Source: Mobula hypostoma | Taxonomy: Eukaryota | Direction of reading: 5' to 3' | DNA length: 64,000 nt | Assembly: GCF_963921235.1 (NCBI RefSeq) | Contig: NC_086097.1 | Span: forward strand, 219,916,001 to 219,980,000 | In this document: positions 1 through 13,089 of the stretch, in pieces | Layout of the letters: each line of letters starts with the position of its first letter | Numbering within the stretch: position 1 is the stretch's first letter | Program-made: the position numbers and the translations under genes | Notes under the pieces: model-generated | What the model saw: only the letters and a program-made list of their open reading frames with translations | What the model was told of the DNA's origin: nothing | The model's database searches: none

Positions 1-169
1 ATTCAATTTGTTTGGGCGAATTCAGATTAGTAATTGATTAGTGTTTCATTTTGTAACATCAAATAGTAACAGGAGAACATTCATTTCTTTCCTTTAGTAA
101 TTTATGCATGGGAGCAACACTCAGACTTTGACAGTTGCCTTGGAGTTACCTAGAAAACAATTTACCAAA

Positions 170-725
170 TACACAGGAGAAGAGATGAGAGAAAATATAG
201 TGGAGGGTAAGACAGAGGTGAAGGAGATGAGTGAAGGAAAAGAATAGAGGTTAGAAAGATAGGGAGAAAAAGGCATAAAAGGAAAGAGAGTGCTGAAGGA
301 GAAATATGGTAAGTGGAGCCAAATAGGTGAAGAGAAAACTGGGAAGAGGGAGAGAGGAACAACATTAGAGTGAGAGAGGGCCAGAAACAGTATGGATAAA
401 TGGTTCAGAGGAATAGAAAATTGGGTAAAGGGTGAAAAGAACAAAGGGCAGAAGGGAACAGATGAAGAATGAAATTGAAAGGAATGGAATGGGGGAGGGA
501 CCGCAGGAGAGGCGAAGAAGGGCAAGTAAATGAAAAAGGAGCCAAACAAAGCTACCAGGGAACTGACTATAGGATGAAAAGAGGCAAGGTACTAGGAAAG
601 TTGGGAGAGAAGAGAGGAAGAGAAATGGAGGGCAGAGTAGAGTTGGAAACCAGGGAAAAGAAGTTAAGTGAGAATTTGAGGGCAGAGGAGAAAGAAGATG
701 GGGACAAATAAAGAAAGAGAACTGC
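170..725. repeat. Purine (GA)-rich low-complexity tract
   Basis: Almost all A/G on the + strand. The overlapping ORFs are F/S/L/P- or E/G/R/K-biased artefacts. Confidence 0.8.
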
Positions 726-1004
726 AGGACTATGGTTTTCAAAACTCTTTTGTTATAAAGATGTGGGCAAATATTAGCAGGGAAATGGAAACATTAACTT
801 GGAAAAACTATTTAGCCCTTACACTGTTTCTATTTCCCTTTGCTTTATGTGTGAATGGAAGATGTCTGTCCAAGTTGACCTCAGCAAACTGATATGTCAA
901 ATCTGAAGCTGTTCACTTCCCAGCACAATTATCATGCTAGTATGTCATGTGTTTTTCAATACAATATTGAGTTGTGTTGTGGTATTAGATGCAGAAAATT
1001 ATTA

Positions 1005-1824
1005 CAGTGGATTCCAGTTAATCGGGACCAGTCCATTTTGACCCAATTAGCCGAAGTTTCATTGAAATGGAGAAAAAGGTATATAAATGACAAACTACTA
1101 TTTAATTGGGCAATAAATTATGTAATCAAATGGAATACAGAACAAATTAGAACACTATCAATACTACTACTGTACTATAAAACTGTGTATTTGTTTCTAA
1201 AATTTATCAATGGAGGAATTCATTCAATGTACACTGCCACATTCTTTTGATTGACTATAAATGAACAAAACCAGTGCGGACACCTAGTGTAGATAATAGA
1301 CTGTCTTCATACAATGCTATTGATGATTGCATCCTCCAAATGTTCTTTTTCATTGTACCATTCAAGATGATTGATAATACCTTCAAATTCTTCATAGTTT
1401 CTAACTTGTTGTAGTAGTGAAATCATTGCATTTTCACTCCCGGCTGTTTCTGGGTTCTCCAAACCTGAATGCTTGAAACTGTAGTGAGCAAAACAATTTT
1501 GAATTGTCCTACTGTTTATTTCTCACCAACCATCAGTGGCAAAAATCACTGTTTTTTGAACACAAGCATATACAATTGAAGATATTTAAAAATTGTTCAC
1601 TTTAAGCACAGTGTAGAGACTAACAGCCACATAACTGCACATGCAGTTAGAAACTTAGTGAGAAACTGTCCAGCAACAGTCTCCTACCCTAAGTAAGCGG
1701 CATAGTGTCCTAAATAAATGAAAGAATCCTTCCTATTTTCTTGACGAGCTTTTGTACTTTAAGAGTTGTCCAAAATAAGCAGCCACCCTGATTCACCAAT
1801 GACCCAATTAACCAGAATCCACTG
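1005..1824. mobile_element. Non-autonomous Tc1/mariner-pogo (Tigger-like) DNA transposon
   Basis: Imperfect TIRs CAGTGGATTCCAGTTAATCGGGAC (1005) and GACCCAATTAACCAGAATCCACTG (ends 1824). TA on the left and CA (probably mutated TA) on the right. No intact transposase. Confidence 0.7.
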
Positions 1825-2299
1825 CATATTCATTACATACAATGTCAGTTCAGGCCAAACTCCAAACTCAGACTGAAATGAGGCCGTAATGAAATCTTCA
1901 GATCAAAATGCAGTTTATGGAAACCTGTGAAATGCCTTTATATATTTTGTTCATTTATTAGCTGTGGGCACAGTTGGCAAGGCCAGTACCTGTTGCCCAA
2001 TCCGCCTTCAAGAAAGTGGTGGTAGCAGTTCAGTTTGGTTCGAATGCCTCAAGAGTAGAGTATAGGAATGATAGTAGTGTCAGAGGTAGGCAGTTTTAAT
2101 TCTCCTATCTAACACTTAATGTGAAGCTTTGGGTGATCATTATTTTCCATCACTTTGCATGTTCAAGGCCTCGTGAAATGTTTCAAAATTTGATAGTAAC
2201 AGGCACGTGTGACCATTTGATCCATTGAGCCTATGCTAGCTGACAGATTGATCCCATTTCCCCACTATAGCTTATTTCCTTTCATTTGCTTATCAATCC

Positions 2300-2524
2300 C
2301 TGCGCTGCATGTGAAGAGTTTGTACATTCTCCCGTGACTGTATGGCTTTCATCCAGGTGTTCCAGGTTCCCCCCACAGTCCAAAGATGTACTGGTTGGTC
2401 GGTTAATTGGTCATTGTAAATTGTCCCATGATCGGGCTATGGTTAAATAGGGGGATTGCTGGGTGGTGTGGCTTGAAGGGCTAGAAGGACCTATTCTGTG
2501 CTGTATCTCAATAAATAAATAAGT
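2300..2524 (+). mobile_element. V-SINE-like element (5'-truncated)
   Basis: Core GTTTGTACATTCTCCCGTGACTG..CCCACAGTCCAAAGATGT..TTAATTGGTCATTGTAAATTGTCCC, CR1-like tail CTGTGCTGTATCTC and (AATA)n end. Confidence 0.65.
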
Positions 2525-3379
2525 AAACTCCTTCAGGAATACAGGAATAATTTACAGCAACCAATTACCTTACCAACTAGCATTCTTCGGGACAGCTTGA
2601 GGACAACCCAGATGGTCACAGGAAGAAAGTACAACTCCAAACCACCAGCAGCAGAGATCAGGATTGAATCAGGCAGGTGAAGCTATGAGGCAACAGCGCT
2701 TCCTGCTACACCACTTCATTGTCACTAGATACGCATCCTTGTACTGGCTGTTCAAAGCTCATTAAATTCGAAGTAAATTTTATTATCAAAGTACATATAT
2801 GTCACCATATACAATCCTGAGATTCATTTTCCTGTGGGCATACTCAGCAATTCTTTATTTTCTGGAACTTTCCTCAGTTGTTTGTGTGAGCTATCATGTC
2901 GCTAAAACAGAACAGCAAGGCTGCATCAGATTGCCAGCGGGGAATGTGTAAGATGGCAGATGATGTGATTTTTCTTGAGCAGTTTGTTGGAACCGCACTC
3001 ATGCAGGCAAATTAATTGCTTTGCAGATTAGTAAAAAGATTTGGGTTTTCTCTAGGTGTCAGAAGGTGTAACACTACCTCCAGAATACCAACAGCTTGTG
3101 AACTGGGAGCATCATGTTTTATGTGAGTGCTTGGCTCACACTGAATGCTATCGAATGGCATTCATCAATAGCAACTGAAGTACAGTATTGATCTAACATA
3201 GAGAAAGATGCATATGAGAACTTCCTTTTTACGTATCTACGTCACCTAAAGAGACTAGCTATAAGGAAGCTGAAGGTGTAATGAACTTGCTTTAGGTCTA
3301 GATCAGGTTGACATGAGAGACTGCCCAGTTTTTCCCCCATCATTTTCACATTGTACACATATAATAATGGGCATTCTGA

Positions 3380-3555
3380 ACAAGGGAAAAATCAGCAGAT
3401 GCTGGGAATCAAAGTAATACACTCTAATTGCTGGAGGAACTCAGAAGGCAGCATCTATGGAGAAGAGTTAACAGTCAATGTTTTGGGCTGAGACCCTTCA
3501 GCAAGACTCCTGATGAAGGATCTCAGCCCAAAACTGAGCTCCCCCAGCATCTTAT
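3380..3555. mobile_element. Penelope pLTR-derived short inverted element
   Basis: TGCTGGAGGAACTCAG..TTTTGGGCTGAGACCCTTCA paired with TGAAGGATCTCAGCCCAAAA..CCCCCAGCA. Degenerate hammerhead-like CTGATGAAGG..CCCAAAAC. Confidence 0.6.
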
Positions 3556-3616
3556 GGATATTCTGAAGAGACATTGGGAAAAAGGAGTGTTGAATGACTT
3601 TGTATCTTCTAAGATT

Positions 3617-4042
3617 GAATAGGTTAGGACTTTATTCCCTGGAGCGTAGAAGAATGAGGGGAGGTTTGATAGAGGTATATAAAATTATGATGGGTATTGA
3701 TAGAGTGAATGCAAGCAGGCTTTTTCCACTGAGGCAAGGGGAGAAAAAAACCCAGAGGACATGGGTTAAGGGTGAGGGGGGGGAAAAGTTTAAAGGGAAC
3801 ATTAGGGGGGGGCTTCTTCACACACAGAGTGGTGGGAGTATGGAATGAGCTGCCAGACGAGGTGGTAAATGCGGATTCTTTTTTAACTTTTAAGAATAAA
3901 TTGGACAGATACATGGATGGGAGGTGTATGGAGGGATATGGTCCGTGTGCAGGTCAGTGGGTCTAGGCAGAAAATGGTTCAGCACAGCCAAGAAGGGCCA
4001 AAAGGCCTGTTTCTGTGCTGTAGTTTCTATGGTTTCTATGGT
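3617..4042 (+). mobile_element. CR1-type LINE 3' fragment
   Basis: Encodes LGLYSLERRRMRGGLIEVYKIM and FFTHRVVGVWNELPDEVV (CR1 ORF2 C-terminus). Ends in a TTCTATGG repeat tail. Confidence 0.9.
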
Positions 4043-4986
4043 TTAGTATTAGATTAGGTCACATTATTATGTGAGTCTTTGATCTCTGATTCTTAAGGCC
4101 ATTCAGTATAGGTACTCATTGCTAAAGTTGCACGAATTTATTATGCTTTTAATTTGTTCCTTGATTCTATTCCAAACACCCCTTTGTTTTTCTTTGCTCC
4201 CACACCCTTAAGGTGTTGCTTCAGACTCTCTGGATTCAACCAGTATGTCCAACTCATTCACCCTCCCACACCAAATCAGAGAGTTCCTATCTGCTGTGAA
4301 AAGCAATACTGTCACTTTGCTTCATTGCCCGACACGGGAGATTTAATTATATGGGACATTAATTAGTGACCAAGAAGATGGTAAAATGCAAATTTTCTAA
4401 TGTGTGGCTGAGGGCCAGGCAATGCGAAGATCTGTCAGGAAAATCCAGCTGGTATTTGTACACTGCTTTCAGTGACTGGTATTGTACACTTTGTCAGATT
4501 CATGTGTGCAAATCAGGCATTTCTGTTCACTTTATTATATCTGATGATGTCATTGCCTATGTAATGCCCAACTCCATTACTGCAAAGCATCACTTGGAAG
4601 CTCAGCGTGTAACTGAGAACAGCCACACTAGAACAGGAGACAGTGCAGAAACTTGTTGCATTCGCTTTTATTAATGAGACTCTGACATGGAAGGAATGGA
4701 TGGTGCAGCTGTCAACCATCAACCACTGGAGGATTAAATTTGGTGCAAATCAGTGATTCATATACTCCAAAAAGGAGCTGGTTATTTACTGTAAGCAGAT
4801 TTCAAAGAAATGAGAAAAATCAAATAAATTAATGAAAGGGTTGTTTAACCTGACCTAAACTGTAGTAAAAAGTGCTGCAGGACACAGAGATGTGCACACC
4901 TTCAGTAAACAAGCTCAGACTTGTTTAAACATGGTGTGCAGAGAAAAAACAGTAACAAAGAATAAATATTACATTTATAATGTCTG

Positions 4987-5005
4987 GAGAGAGAGAGAGA
5001 GAGAG
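4987..5005. repeat. (GA)n microsatellite
   Basis: GAGAGAGAGAGAGAGAGAG. Confidence 0.85.
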
Positions 5006-5919
5006 GGTTCATTAGGATGAAGATTGGAATGTAATACTCATGCCAAATATCAAACAGACATGAGGGGAAATAAATAACACGGTGGAAAAATTTCTATCAG
5101 AATTTAAAAGATTTAGACAAAGTAAATTGGTTTGATTAATATTTCTCTCTCAGGTATTGACAAAAATTATTAGCCACTAATATTTATTTTGAGGATACCA
5201 TTGAGCACCCTGGTCATGTTCGATGGATTATTCTTTAAATCATTAAGTCCTACATTATAATAGTGACTACATTCCGCAGAAAGGTCTTCACTTGTTTGAG
5301 TTTCCTGAGATAGTTAAAACTGCTTTCTCATGTGAGCATGGTGTTAAATTCAACAAGGAATAGAACAAATACAGAAACATCAATAAGATGAGAGTTCTGT
5401 AGAAAGTGATGGAGCTGATAAACTCCTTTGTTTAACCACAGAACCTGGTATGCTCCATGTCTCTACTATATTGCCTTGGTCTGAGGTCCAGCTAATAAAA
5501 CGTAAAGGCCGACCTGGTATCAAGTGCAGGTTGTCGCATCCAGTTAATAAAGGCATTAGGTTCCTGATTGAAGGATTAAACCATACTTTGTTTTAAACAC
5601 ATGACAAATTCAAAAATGGACAGCTCTGGGTTTTGCCTTGCTCCTTTTTTGCCATATTGTTGTTTGTTGTTGCAAAGTACACTGTACCCTTACCTGTAGG
5701 CAGTATTACTCAATTTGAGCTGTGCTCTGATTTCGAGCAGCTTGACGGTAAGATAACTTGCTGCATTACGATCAGTCCACTTGTCCTCCAATGGACAAGC
5801 ACATTAAGAATGACCAAATGATCCTCAATTAATGATTCGGACAATTCAACATAATGGTGTCAATTTTCTCCAACAGACCTGACCTCACTTTTTTTAGTAT
5901 ATAGTATTTCTGTTTTTCA

Positions 5920-6072
5920 CATTTAAAAAATCTATTCAGTATACATAATTGATTTACTTGTTTATTTATTATTGTTTTTTTCTCTCTCTGCTAGATTATG
6001 TATTGCATTGAACTGCTGCCGCTAAGTTAACAAATTTCACGTCACATGCCGGTGATAATAAACCTGATTCTG
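5920..6072 (+). mobile_element. Non-LTR retrotransposon 3' UTR remnant (Rex1/L2-like)
   Basis: ..ACAAATTTCACGTCACATGCCGGTGATAATAAACCTGATTCTGA end with AATAAA and a GATTCT-type tail. Family assignment from recall only. Confidence 0.45.
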
Positions 6073-6413
6073 AAATGTTCAGTGTCAATACATCCCATTG
6101 TACAAATACGTTTGTATTTAACACATCATATGTTGCCAAAGCCCCTTGGCCATTGAGTGGGATTAACCTATGTGTTTTAAATGAGCGAATAAAATAACAT
6201 ATAAGTACTGATATCCCATGCCTACGTTCAGATAACATAACAGTGGCTTTGAGATGTTTTGCAGTTGGGAAAGATGTAATAGAATGCCAGCTCTCTTTTC
6301 ACATACTAATTAGTATAAAAATAATTTATATAAAGGAAAGGAGCTTCTTAAATTTGACTTCTCAGTGTTCATTGTTAACTGGGGGTTGTAAAGTCTTGCT
6401 TTTTATAAATCAG

Positions 6414-6624
6414 AAATGGCAATGCGTTGAAGATGCTGCAGGAAGACTCCGGCTTCACAAGTGCAAAGGCACGACCAAAGTGCACACGGGCAGCAAGAAA
6501 AGTAAAAGTCTGCGTGGTCAGACCTATGGCAGTAATGACTGTGATTGCTCAGGCAGCAGCTACAGGACACGTCCGTTGGAGAGAAGGAACCAGAGACAAT
6601 TCCTCAGCATCCACACTGCTCACA
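6414..6624 (+). CDS. SULF1: SULF1 exon (hydrophilic domain): KWQCVEDAAGRLRLHKCKG...QRQFLSIHTAH
   Basis: AG at 6412-6413, GTGAGT at 6625, phase 0/1. Matches recalled SULF1 KWQCIEDTSGKLRIHKCKG..SQRQFLR. Confidence 0.95.
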
Positions 6625-7538
6625 GTGAGTACATAGCAACCTGTGATCGTGGGTTGACATGGCAGCACCTCCCTGGAAATGGGCCTTTGGTGCCATCTGG
6701 TGGCAGACAAATCCTTTCCATCATTAACACTATGTCAGTTTTAATAGTTTATTACCCAGAAGATCTAGGGTCAGGTCAGCCGAGGACAAGCATGTTGCCA
6801 AGGCTCATTTGTTGCATGCTCAGGCAAAGAGATTCTTGTGGTTACTCCTGGGCACAGTCGCCAGAAAGGAGGACAACTCCCAGCTAATCCAGTGAGACTG
6901 CAGATTCCACATGCTATAAGTCAAGTGACCAGTAAATGGCCACTCAGATGCTTGCAGACATTCAGGGCGACTCCAACAAGGGAAGTTCTAAGTCGTGAAC
7001 AATGCATTCCTGCTCCATTTGATTTTAAATTATCAATAAAACTATTTAATTATCTTTTTCATGAACATAAAAGATTCTGCAGATGCTGAAAATCTTGAGG
7101 AACACATACAAAATGCTGGGGGACCTCAGCACATCAGGCGGTATCTATGGAGGGGAATAAACTGTTGATATTTTGCCTCAAGACTCTTTGTACGCACAGC
7201 TAATGAAGGCCTTGAAAGAACCAGGAAAGCTTAAAGATGTGTTGGCAAAGCTACAGGGCTGGATTTCCTAATAGCTGGAAACATGATGGTAGTGTGAATG
7301 GTAGGAAAAGCACTGGCCTCTTTTTTATGATTTTCTGATAACTAGGTCCACCACCCTGACTCTTCGCTAACAATTAGATGGTTCAAGCTCTTCTACAATA
7401 AGGGCAGCCATTGTTAAAGCAAGATAATGTGAAATATTCTGACTGAGAATTTCCCACTTTACACAGTCCTTTAGTGATATGGGTGTATGTGCACGATGGA
7501 TATTTGTCGTTTAAAAATGTCTCTCCCCTCTGAAACAG

Positions 7539-7782
7539 AATTTAAGCATCGCTTCCTCCGCACTCGCCCGATCCGCTCTGTTTCTGTCGAACTGGAAGGC
7601 GAGGTGTATGACATTGACCTGGAAATCGAAGAACTTGAGTCACTGATGCCAAAAAATATTAGTACAGGCCTTTATCAAGAAGAGAAAACAGCTGGAGAAG
7701 GAGTGCAGGGCAGCAAAGTAATCGCTGAAGACAGTAGTAAGGCCCATGAATCAGTGACAGATTCAGTTAAAGTCACGCACAA
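7539..7782 (+). CDS. SULF1: SULF1 exon: (K)FKHRFLRTRPIRSVSVELEGEVYDIDL...VKVTH(K)
   Basis: AG at 7537-7538, GTAAGT at 7783, phase 1/2. Contains the furin-type site RPIR/SV. Confidence 0.95.
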
Positions 7783-8451
7783 GTAAGTTTGGCTTATAAC
7801 CTGAACGGCCATATTCTATAACATTTCAGAGCTATGCTTAGAAATTGGATCGCAAACAACACATTTCTGTACATTTTACAATTAATTGTTAATGAAAAAT
7901 CAGTAGTAAATGAACTTTAAGCACTAAGCCTGTGATTTTCCTTCTGAGGCTTTGTGTCTAATCCATCAGCACACAGAGGAGCCCAGACATGTGCAGTAAT
8001 TTCCTGTCCACGCCTGGAACCTCTGCCTGGATTTCAACAGGCACATATACAGCTGCTCCAGCTACGGGCAACTTATGCAGCCATTCACAATGCTTTCAGG
8101 GAGGATGCTGTGGTTAGCATGGCCCAGTTAGGCCCAAGGGACTGTTTCTGTATTACTCTATGACAACGCCTGCATTGATGTTACTCAAAGGGAGCCTGAC
8201 TAAGCATTCCTCACACTGGGGAACCTGGCTTTGGGAGATTGCCTTCAAATGATATATTTACTCCCATCTCAGTCACACACTCCTCCCCTTGGCCCTTGCC
8301 TATCTGGTTTAAACCTTCACCAACCATAATCCAACTCCCCAATCAACTACACTCCCAACCTGACACCAGTCCATCACCTTCCCCTCAAGACTAACTACCT
8401 CCCAGTCTGTGCTCCCCTTCCAAACAACCTTCCTTCCCTCCTACCCACCCT

Positions 8452-8937
8452 TGTGACTGTGAACAAGGTCACCGGAGAGAGACTGGAGCGGCTGGATACA
8501 GAAGACTTTATTCAGCAGAAGAAAAGCAGCAGGCATCATACTTGAGACACTCAGAAGAAGAGACCTGCTTGACCCAACATTACACGACATTTTTATATGC
8601 TAAAGATCAGAAGTAATAGGAGGACAATTCTATAGTTACATGTATCTACAATGCTTCATTTGAATTACATATAATTTTCAAATACCTCCAAATTCACACC
8701 CACGCTCCAGACGCCCAAAATAAATGTTAATCTCCACTGACACTACAGCTGCATTCATGTATATGCAGACATCTCAGGTGCATGGATGTTTCCTGGTTTG
8801 CAATAATGCCAGTCTGCAACTCCAGGAAGACCATTGTTCTGGGTTGCGTTTTAAATTCAATCTACAATCATGTTCAGTTCTGAAGACTGGTTGCTGTTGG
8901 AATTAATACTTACTAGATACCATAACTCCAGAATACA
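8452..8937 (-). mobile_element. Probable solo LTR
   Basis: TG...CA termini, 4-bp flanks CCCT/TCCT, minus-strand TATA-like CATATAAAAA (8590-8599) upstream of minus-strand AATAAA (~8506-8511). Interrupts C-rich flanking DNA. Confidence 0.45.
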
Positions 8938-9001
8938 TCCTAAACCTACCACAGATGTGCACCCCGTCCACCCCATGATTCCGCCCCCCCGTGCGCGTGT
9001 A

Positions 9002-9027
9002 TACACACACACACACACACACGCACA
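9002..9027. repeat. (CA)n microsatellite
   Basis: TACACACACACACACACACACGCACA. Confidence 0.85.
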
Positions 9028-9328
9028 CTGCATCCACTCATTCCTGAGCCTCTCTTCCATGAATCTCCAGAGCTATGGGACTGTGATAGCCACTGAACCA
9101 ATCAGTGCAGATCCTTTCACCTAGAACTTGTATGCTTGCAGTAGGAGATTTTCGATTTCTGAGCAAAGGTTGTCCAATGAGGGAAACATTTGGAGTTATT
9201 CTCTCAATATCCTGAATGTGTTTATTTGAGTAAGCATGTTATAGAACTCCTGGATTCGCTTTTGGATTTTGCTGGACTGTATATTGATGTGGTCTTTTAT
9301 CTTCTGTACTTATTTCTTTCCTCTGAAG

Positions 9329-9425
9329 GTGTTACATTCTTGCCAATGAAACAGTGCATTGTGAGAAAGAGCTGTATCAGTCAGCTAGAGCATGGAAGGA
9401 CCACAAGAGTTACATAGACAAAGAG
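9329..9425 (+). CDS. SULF1: SULF1 exon: [32 protein letters not shown]
   Basis: AG at 9327-9328, GT at 9426, 97 nt, phase 2/0. [13 protein letters not shown] is SULF1-type. Frame missed by the ORF track. Confidence 0.95.
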
Positions 9426-9711
9426 GTTAGATGATGTTCAGGGAGGTAATTTTCGAGTTGGCGGTCAGCAGATTTTTGTCAATGACAGGCTGGTTGTTGC
9501 CAGTGGGAAGGGGCAGGAACTGACAATTGTAAATTGTAATTTCTTACGGGAATGCCAAGAAATGGCTGACTTCCAACGGCAGGAAACCAACAGATGGATA
9601 TCTCAGGTATGCACCAAAGTATGGGCTGAAAGCTTTTCAAACATCCTTAAAGTTGACCTTAATCAACCATTTTGTATGCTGAGATGAAGAACAGATAGAT
9701 TTCCTCTAAGG

Positions 9712-9791
9712 CAGGGGTTTCCAACCCGGGGCCCACGGACCCTTCGGTTAATGGTAAGGCTCCATGGCATAAAAAAGGTTGGGAACCCCAG
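9712..9791. mobile_element. hAT-type MITE (80 bp)
   Basis: TIRs CAGGGGTTTCCAACC / GGTTGGGAACCCCAG; 8-bp TSD CTCTAAGG / CTCTAAAG. Confidence 0.8.
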
Positions 9792-10172
9792 CTCTAAAGT
9801 CAAAGCTCAGATACATTTTCGAAGGCATTCTTAGCAAAAATAAATTTCAATTTATTGGCAGGATGGGCAGTCTAAAACTTCCTGTCACACCATCCCAGTA
9901 TTCATAATAGAAATTCAGGAGCTGTTGACAACTCCCATGGAATGTCACCTGACTAATAAATTACTACGTGAGTTCTGAGGCATCATGCCTTCTGCAGACA
10001 CCTGAGGGAAAGTAATACAATGGACACAAGCCTGGTTCTGTCATGGGAAAAATCAGACTTTGGGAACACCGTCGACCCGAAAACTACTCCCAACAAAATT
10101 CCCGGAATAAAATTATTTTGGTGATTTTTGAAGCTAGAAAGAAACCTTCTGTTATTTGCCTCTGCATTGTAG

Positions 10173-10267
10173 ATTGAAGCTCTTCAAGATAAGATAAAGA
10201 ATCTGAGGGAAGTGCGAGGTCACTTGAAAAGAAAAAAGCCGGAGGAATGTGACTGCAACCGGAAAAG
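10173..10267 (+). CDS. SULF1: SULF1 exon: [31 protein letters not shown]
   Basis: AG at 10171-10172, GT at 10268, 95 nt, phase 0/2. Confidence 0.96.
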
Positions 10268-10521
10268 GTCTGTTTCCCTAACAACAGTTATAAAGTCAAG
10301 GACAAATTCCTCATCCCCGTGCCTACTGCCCTCACTACTGGATGTATTCCAACATCCATCGATGTTCCTGAAATGCCAGGTAGAGGAAAAGTGCGCGGAG
10401 CAACTCGATGGCCTAATCCTTCTCCTATGTTTTATGGTCTCACATGGTGAACATTGACATCATTCTCAAAATTGACTGGAACAGAGCCAAAGTTACAGGT
10501 CATGGGACTAAACCAAATGTT

Positions 10522-10622
10522 TTCTCTCCCTCTCTCTCTCTCACTCTCTCCAATTTTCTCTCCCCTCCTCTCTCTCTCTCTCCCCTCCTCTCTCCCTCTT
10601 CCTTTCCTTCTCCCTCTCCCTC
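10522..10622. repeat. (CT)-rich simple repeat
   Basis: TCTCTCCCTCTCTCTCTCTC..CCCTCTCCC pyrimidine tract. Confidence 0.8.
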
Positions 10623-11689
10623 CACCTGCTTAGATGCTGCCTGCAGAGTGTTTCTCACATATTCTGTTTTGAATGCCAGATCTCCAGAATCTGCAGTTAT
10701 CACCTTTGTAGAGTAAATTCTAAGTGTCCGAGTATGATGACAGTGAAAGGGAGATGAACAGCACAATATAGATCCCATCTACCAAGGGATATCAGCTCCT
10801 TTCAGGGAGCTACATCTCCTAAAGGACATGACCAAGATTCTGATTTGCCTTGTGACATTGAAGCGGAGATTATATTGGGCCACCAGCACGGATGCCAGAT
10901 TTACCCTCCCTTGGTGGTCCCAGAGCCCAGCACTGGTCCAGGCTTAAGTCAATACCAGCATTTTCTCCAATGCTGTTGCCGCCTTTGGGCTCCACCAGTG
11001 ACTCCTTGTGGAGCCCAGCAGAGCATAACATCTAATGCAGACTTCCCAATTCTCAGGATCGGAAAGATTTCAGATGGTCTGGCACCAGGATAAACCTGGC
11101 ACAGATATTGCCACCTCATTGAAAAGCGACGGGGAGAAATTGCCCACAGGAGAATAGTAACTGGACCTTTTACTTGATTTAATTTTGTTTGTTTAAATCG
11201 ATGTAATTACTTGTAACTGCTTGGATTTCAACATTTTAATTGTAAAATAACATTTTGTTCTTAATTTTATTTTTGTTAATAGCACCCAGATGCTTTTGGC
11301 TGATTGTGAATAATGTCAAAGCCATTTACAAACATTTTGTTTCAGTGACAGCTTTGACAGATGGTAATTCTCAAGGCCGGGCTGCACCAGCTGTCAGGGC
11401 AGCCAGCCACTTACACAGGTTAGCCTCAGTGCTCAGCTTCCCTGATCAATTGGGAGCCAGCTCCCCAAAAGAAGGCAGTGCTCAGGACCACCCTCGATGA
11501 AGCAATGTCATCTAAGGGCAGCAGCTAGTGGTGCTGGCCCCGGTTCTTCATGGAACAAAATTGCGACACACTAAATGGCTACTGAATCTACACATCATTT
11601 CTCTACTGTCCTGGAAATATTTGTTTCTTAATCTTACCACAAGACCATTAGTCTTGTTCATACGTGAAATTTATTTCTGTTATCTGTAG

Positions 11690-11761
11690 TTATTTTAGAG
11701 ATAAAGGAATGAGAAACCAGGGGAAACTGAAGAACAAGAACAGCCACCTTCATCCCTTCAG
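11690..11761 (+). CDS. SULF1: SULF1 exon: (S)YFRDKGMRNQGKLKNKNSHLHPF(R)
   Basis: AG at 11688-11689, GTAAGT at 11762, 72 nt, phase 2/2. SHLHPF motif. Confidence 0.93.
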
Positions 11762-13089
11762 GTAAGTGAACCTCTGTTCCGGACCATCATGGGCAGGACA
11801 TGGACTTGAGGTGCAGAACTGGTCACGGTGCCACTGACTGGTGGCAGATCTTTCTCATTTTCACTTATTCACATAAGGTGAAAGCTGCCATATTTTCCAG
11901 CGAAGCGGGGAATTATCTTGAAATGGTTCACAATTTTTTAAAAAAACTAAATGAAATGATTTTATCATTGTTCCCTCCTGGAGTTTCTATTAACAAAAGA
12001 ATGATGACAGCTTTTGCTGCCGACTGCAAACAACACTAAATGGAGACAAAGAGTCCATATGAAAGATCTCGACTGACCTGCTGAGTTTCTCCGGCTGTAC
12101 GTGAATTGCAGAAGCAATACGAATATTGTGTTATTTCCTTTCTAATGCCATTCAGCCCATCAGGTCCATACCAGCTTTGATCAGAGCAATCTCATCTCTG
12201 TATTTCAGGTTCACATTAAAACTTACTGTAACTCAATCATACACATGTATACAGCTAAACAAAACACTGTTCCTTTGGGGCCAAGGAGCAAAATGCAGTA
12301 CATATAGTCACATTCTGTGCATATAGTTATGATCCAGCAGAAACAGCCACAAAATAATATTAGCATGTCCCTGAATGCCATGGCCTGAAGATTGACAGAT
12401 TGACATAAAGTGTGAAGTGCAGGTTTATGTGAGAGAATTAAATATTTCTGGCACTATTATAACAAAACAAGCAGTGGTGTAAATATGTGAAACTGCATCA
12501 GTAAAAGATGAAAAGTGGCGACTGCAGGATGAGAGTGTGTGGAGTGGAGAGGGGTGGTGGTGAAAGGGCATTCAGAGTGTGTGCTGGGTGGCAGAAGAGT
12601 GTTAAGAAGTTTAACAGCCTTGGGGAGGAAGCTATTAAAGGCAAGGTCAAAGAGGTGTCTTTGATGATGCTGAAGGTACTGCGTGTGTGGTGCATCTGAT
12701 AGATTTGCAGTTGCAATTCCCATACCAGGTGGTGGTGCAGCTGGTACTCGAGTAGAGTGCGGTGAGAATGGGTGGGTGGGGGAGAGAAGGCCTTGATTGC
12801 CTCGGGTTCCTCAGGAGGTGGAGGTGCTGCTGTTGGTCAGCAGGAGGTCACTGCTGTGCTCCATTTCTATGTAGCATTGATTTACTCTCACATGCCCTTC
12901 AATTCCCCATTGCCGCTTACACTCAGGAGTAATTTATGGTAGCCGCTTAACCAGCATGCCTTTGAGCACTTAAAGAAAATCCACCCGATCACAAGGAGGA
13001 CAGACGTACTCTACATTGCCAGCACCGAAGATCAAGACTAAATATGGGTTGCTGGAACTGTGAGGAAGCAGCCCTAATGAAATCCTGAG

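Noticed and set aside
121..742. Several 67-142 aa ORFs
   Set aside because: Products of a GA-rich low-complexity tract; biased composition and no splice or homology support.
6243..6887. 214-aa ORF as a standalone gene
   Set aside because: Only 6414-6624 is exon; the flanks are intronic read-through beyond the splice sites.
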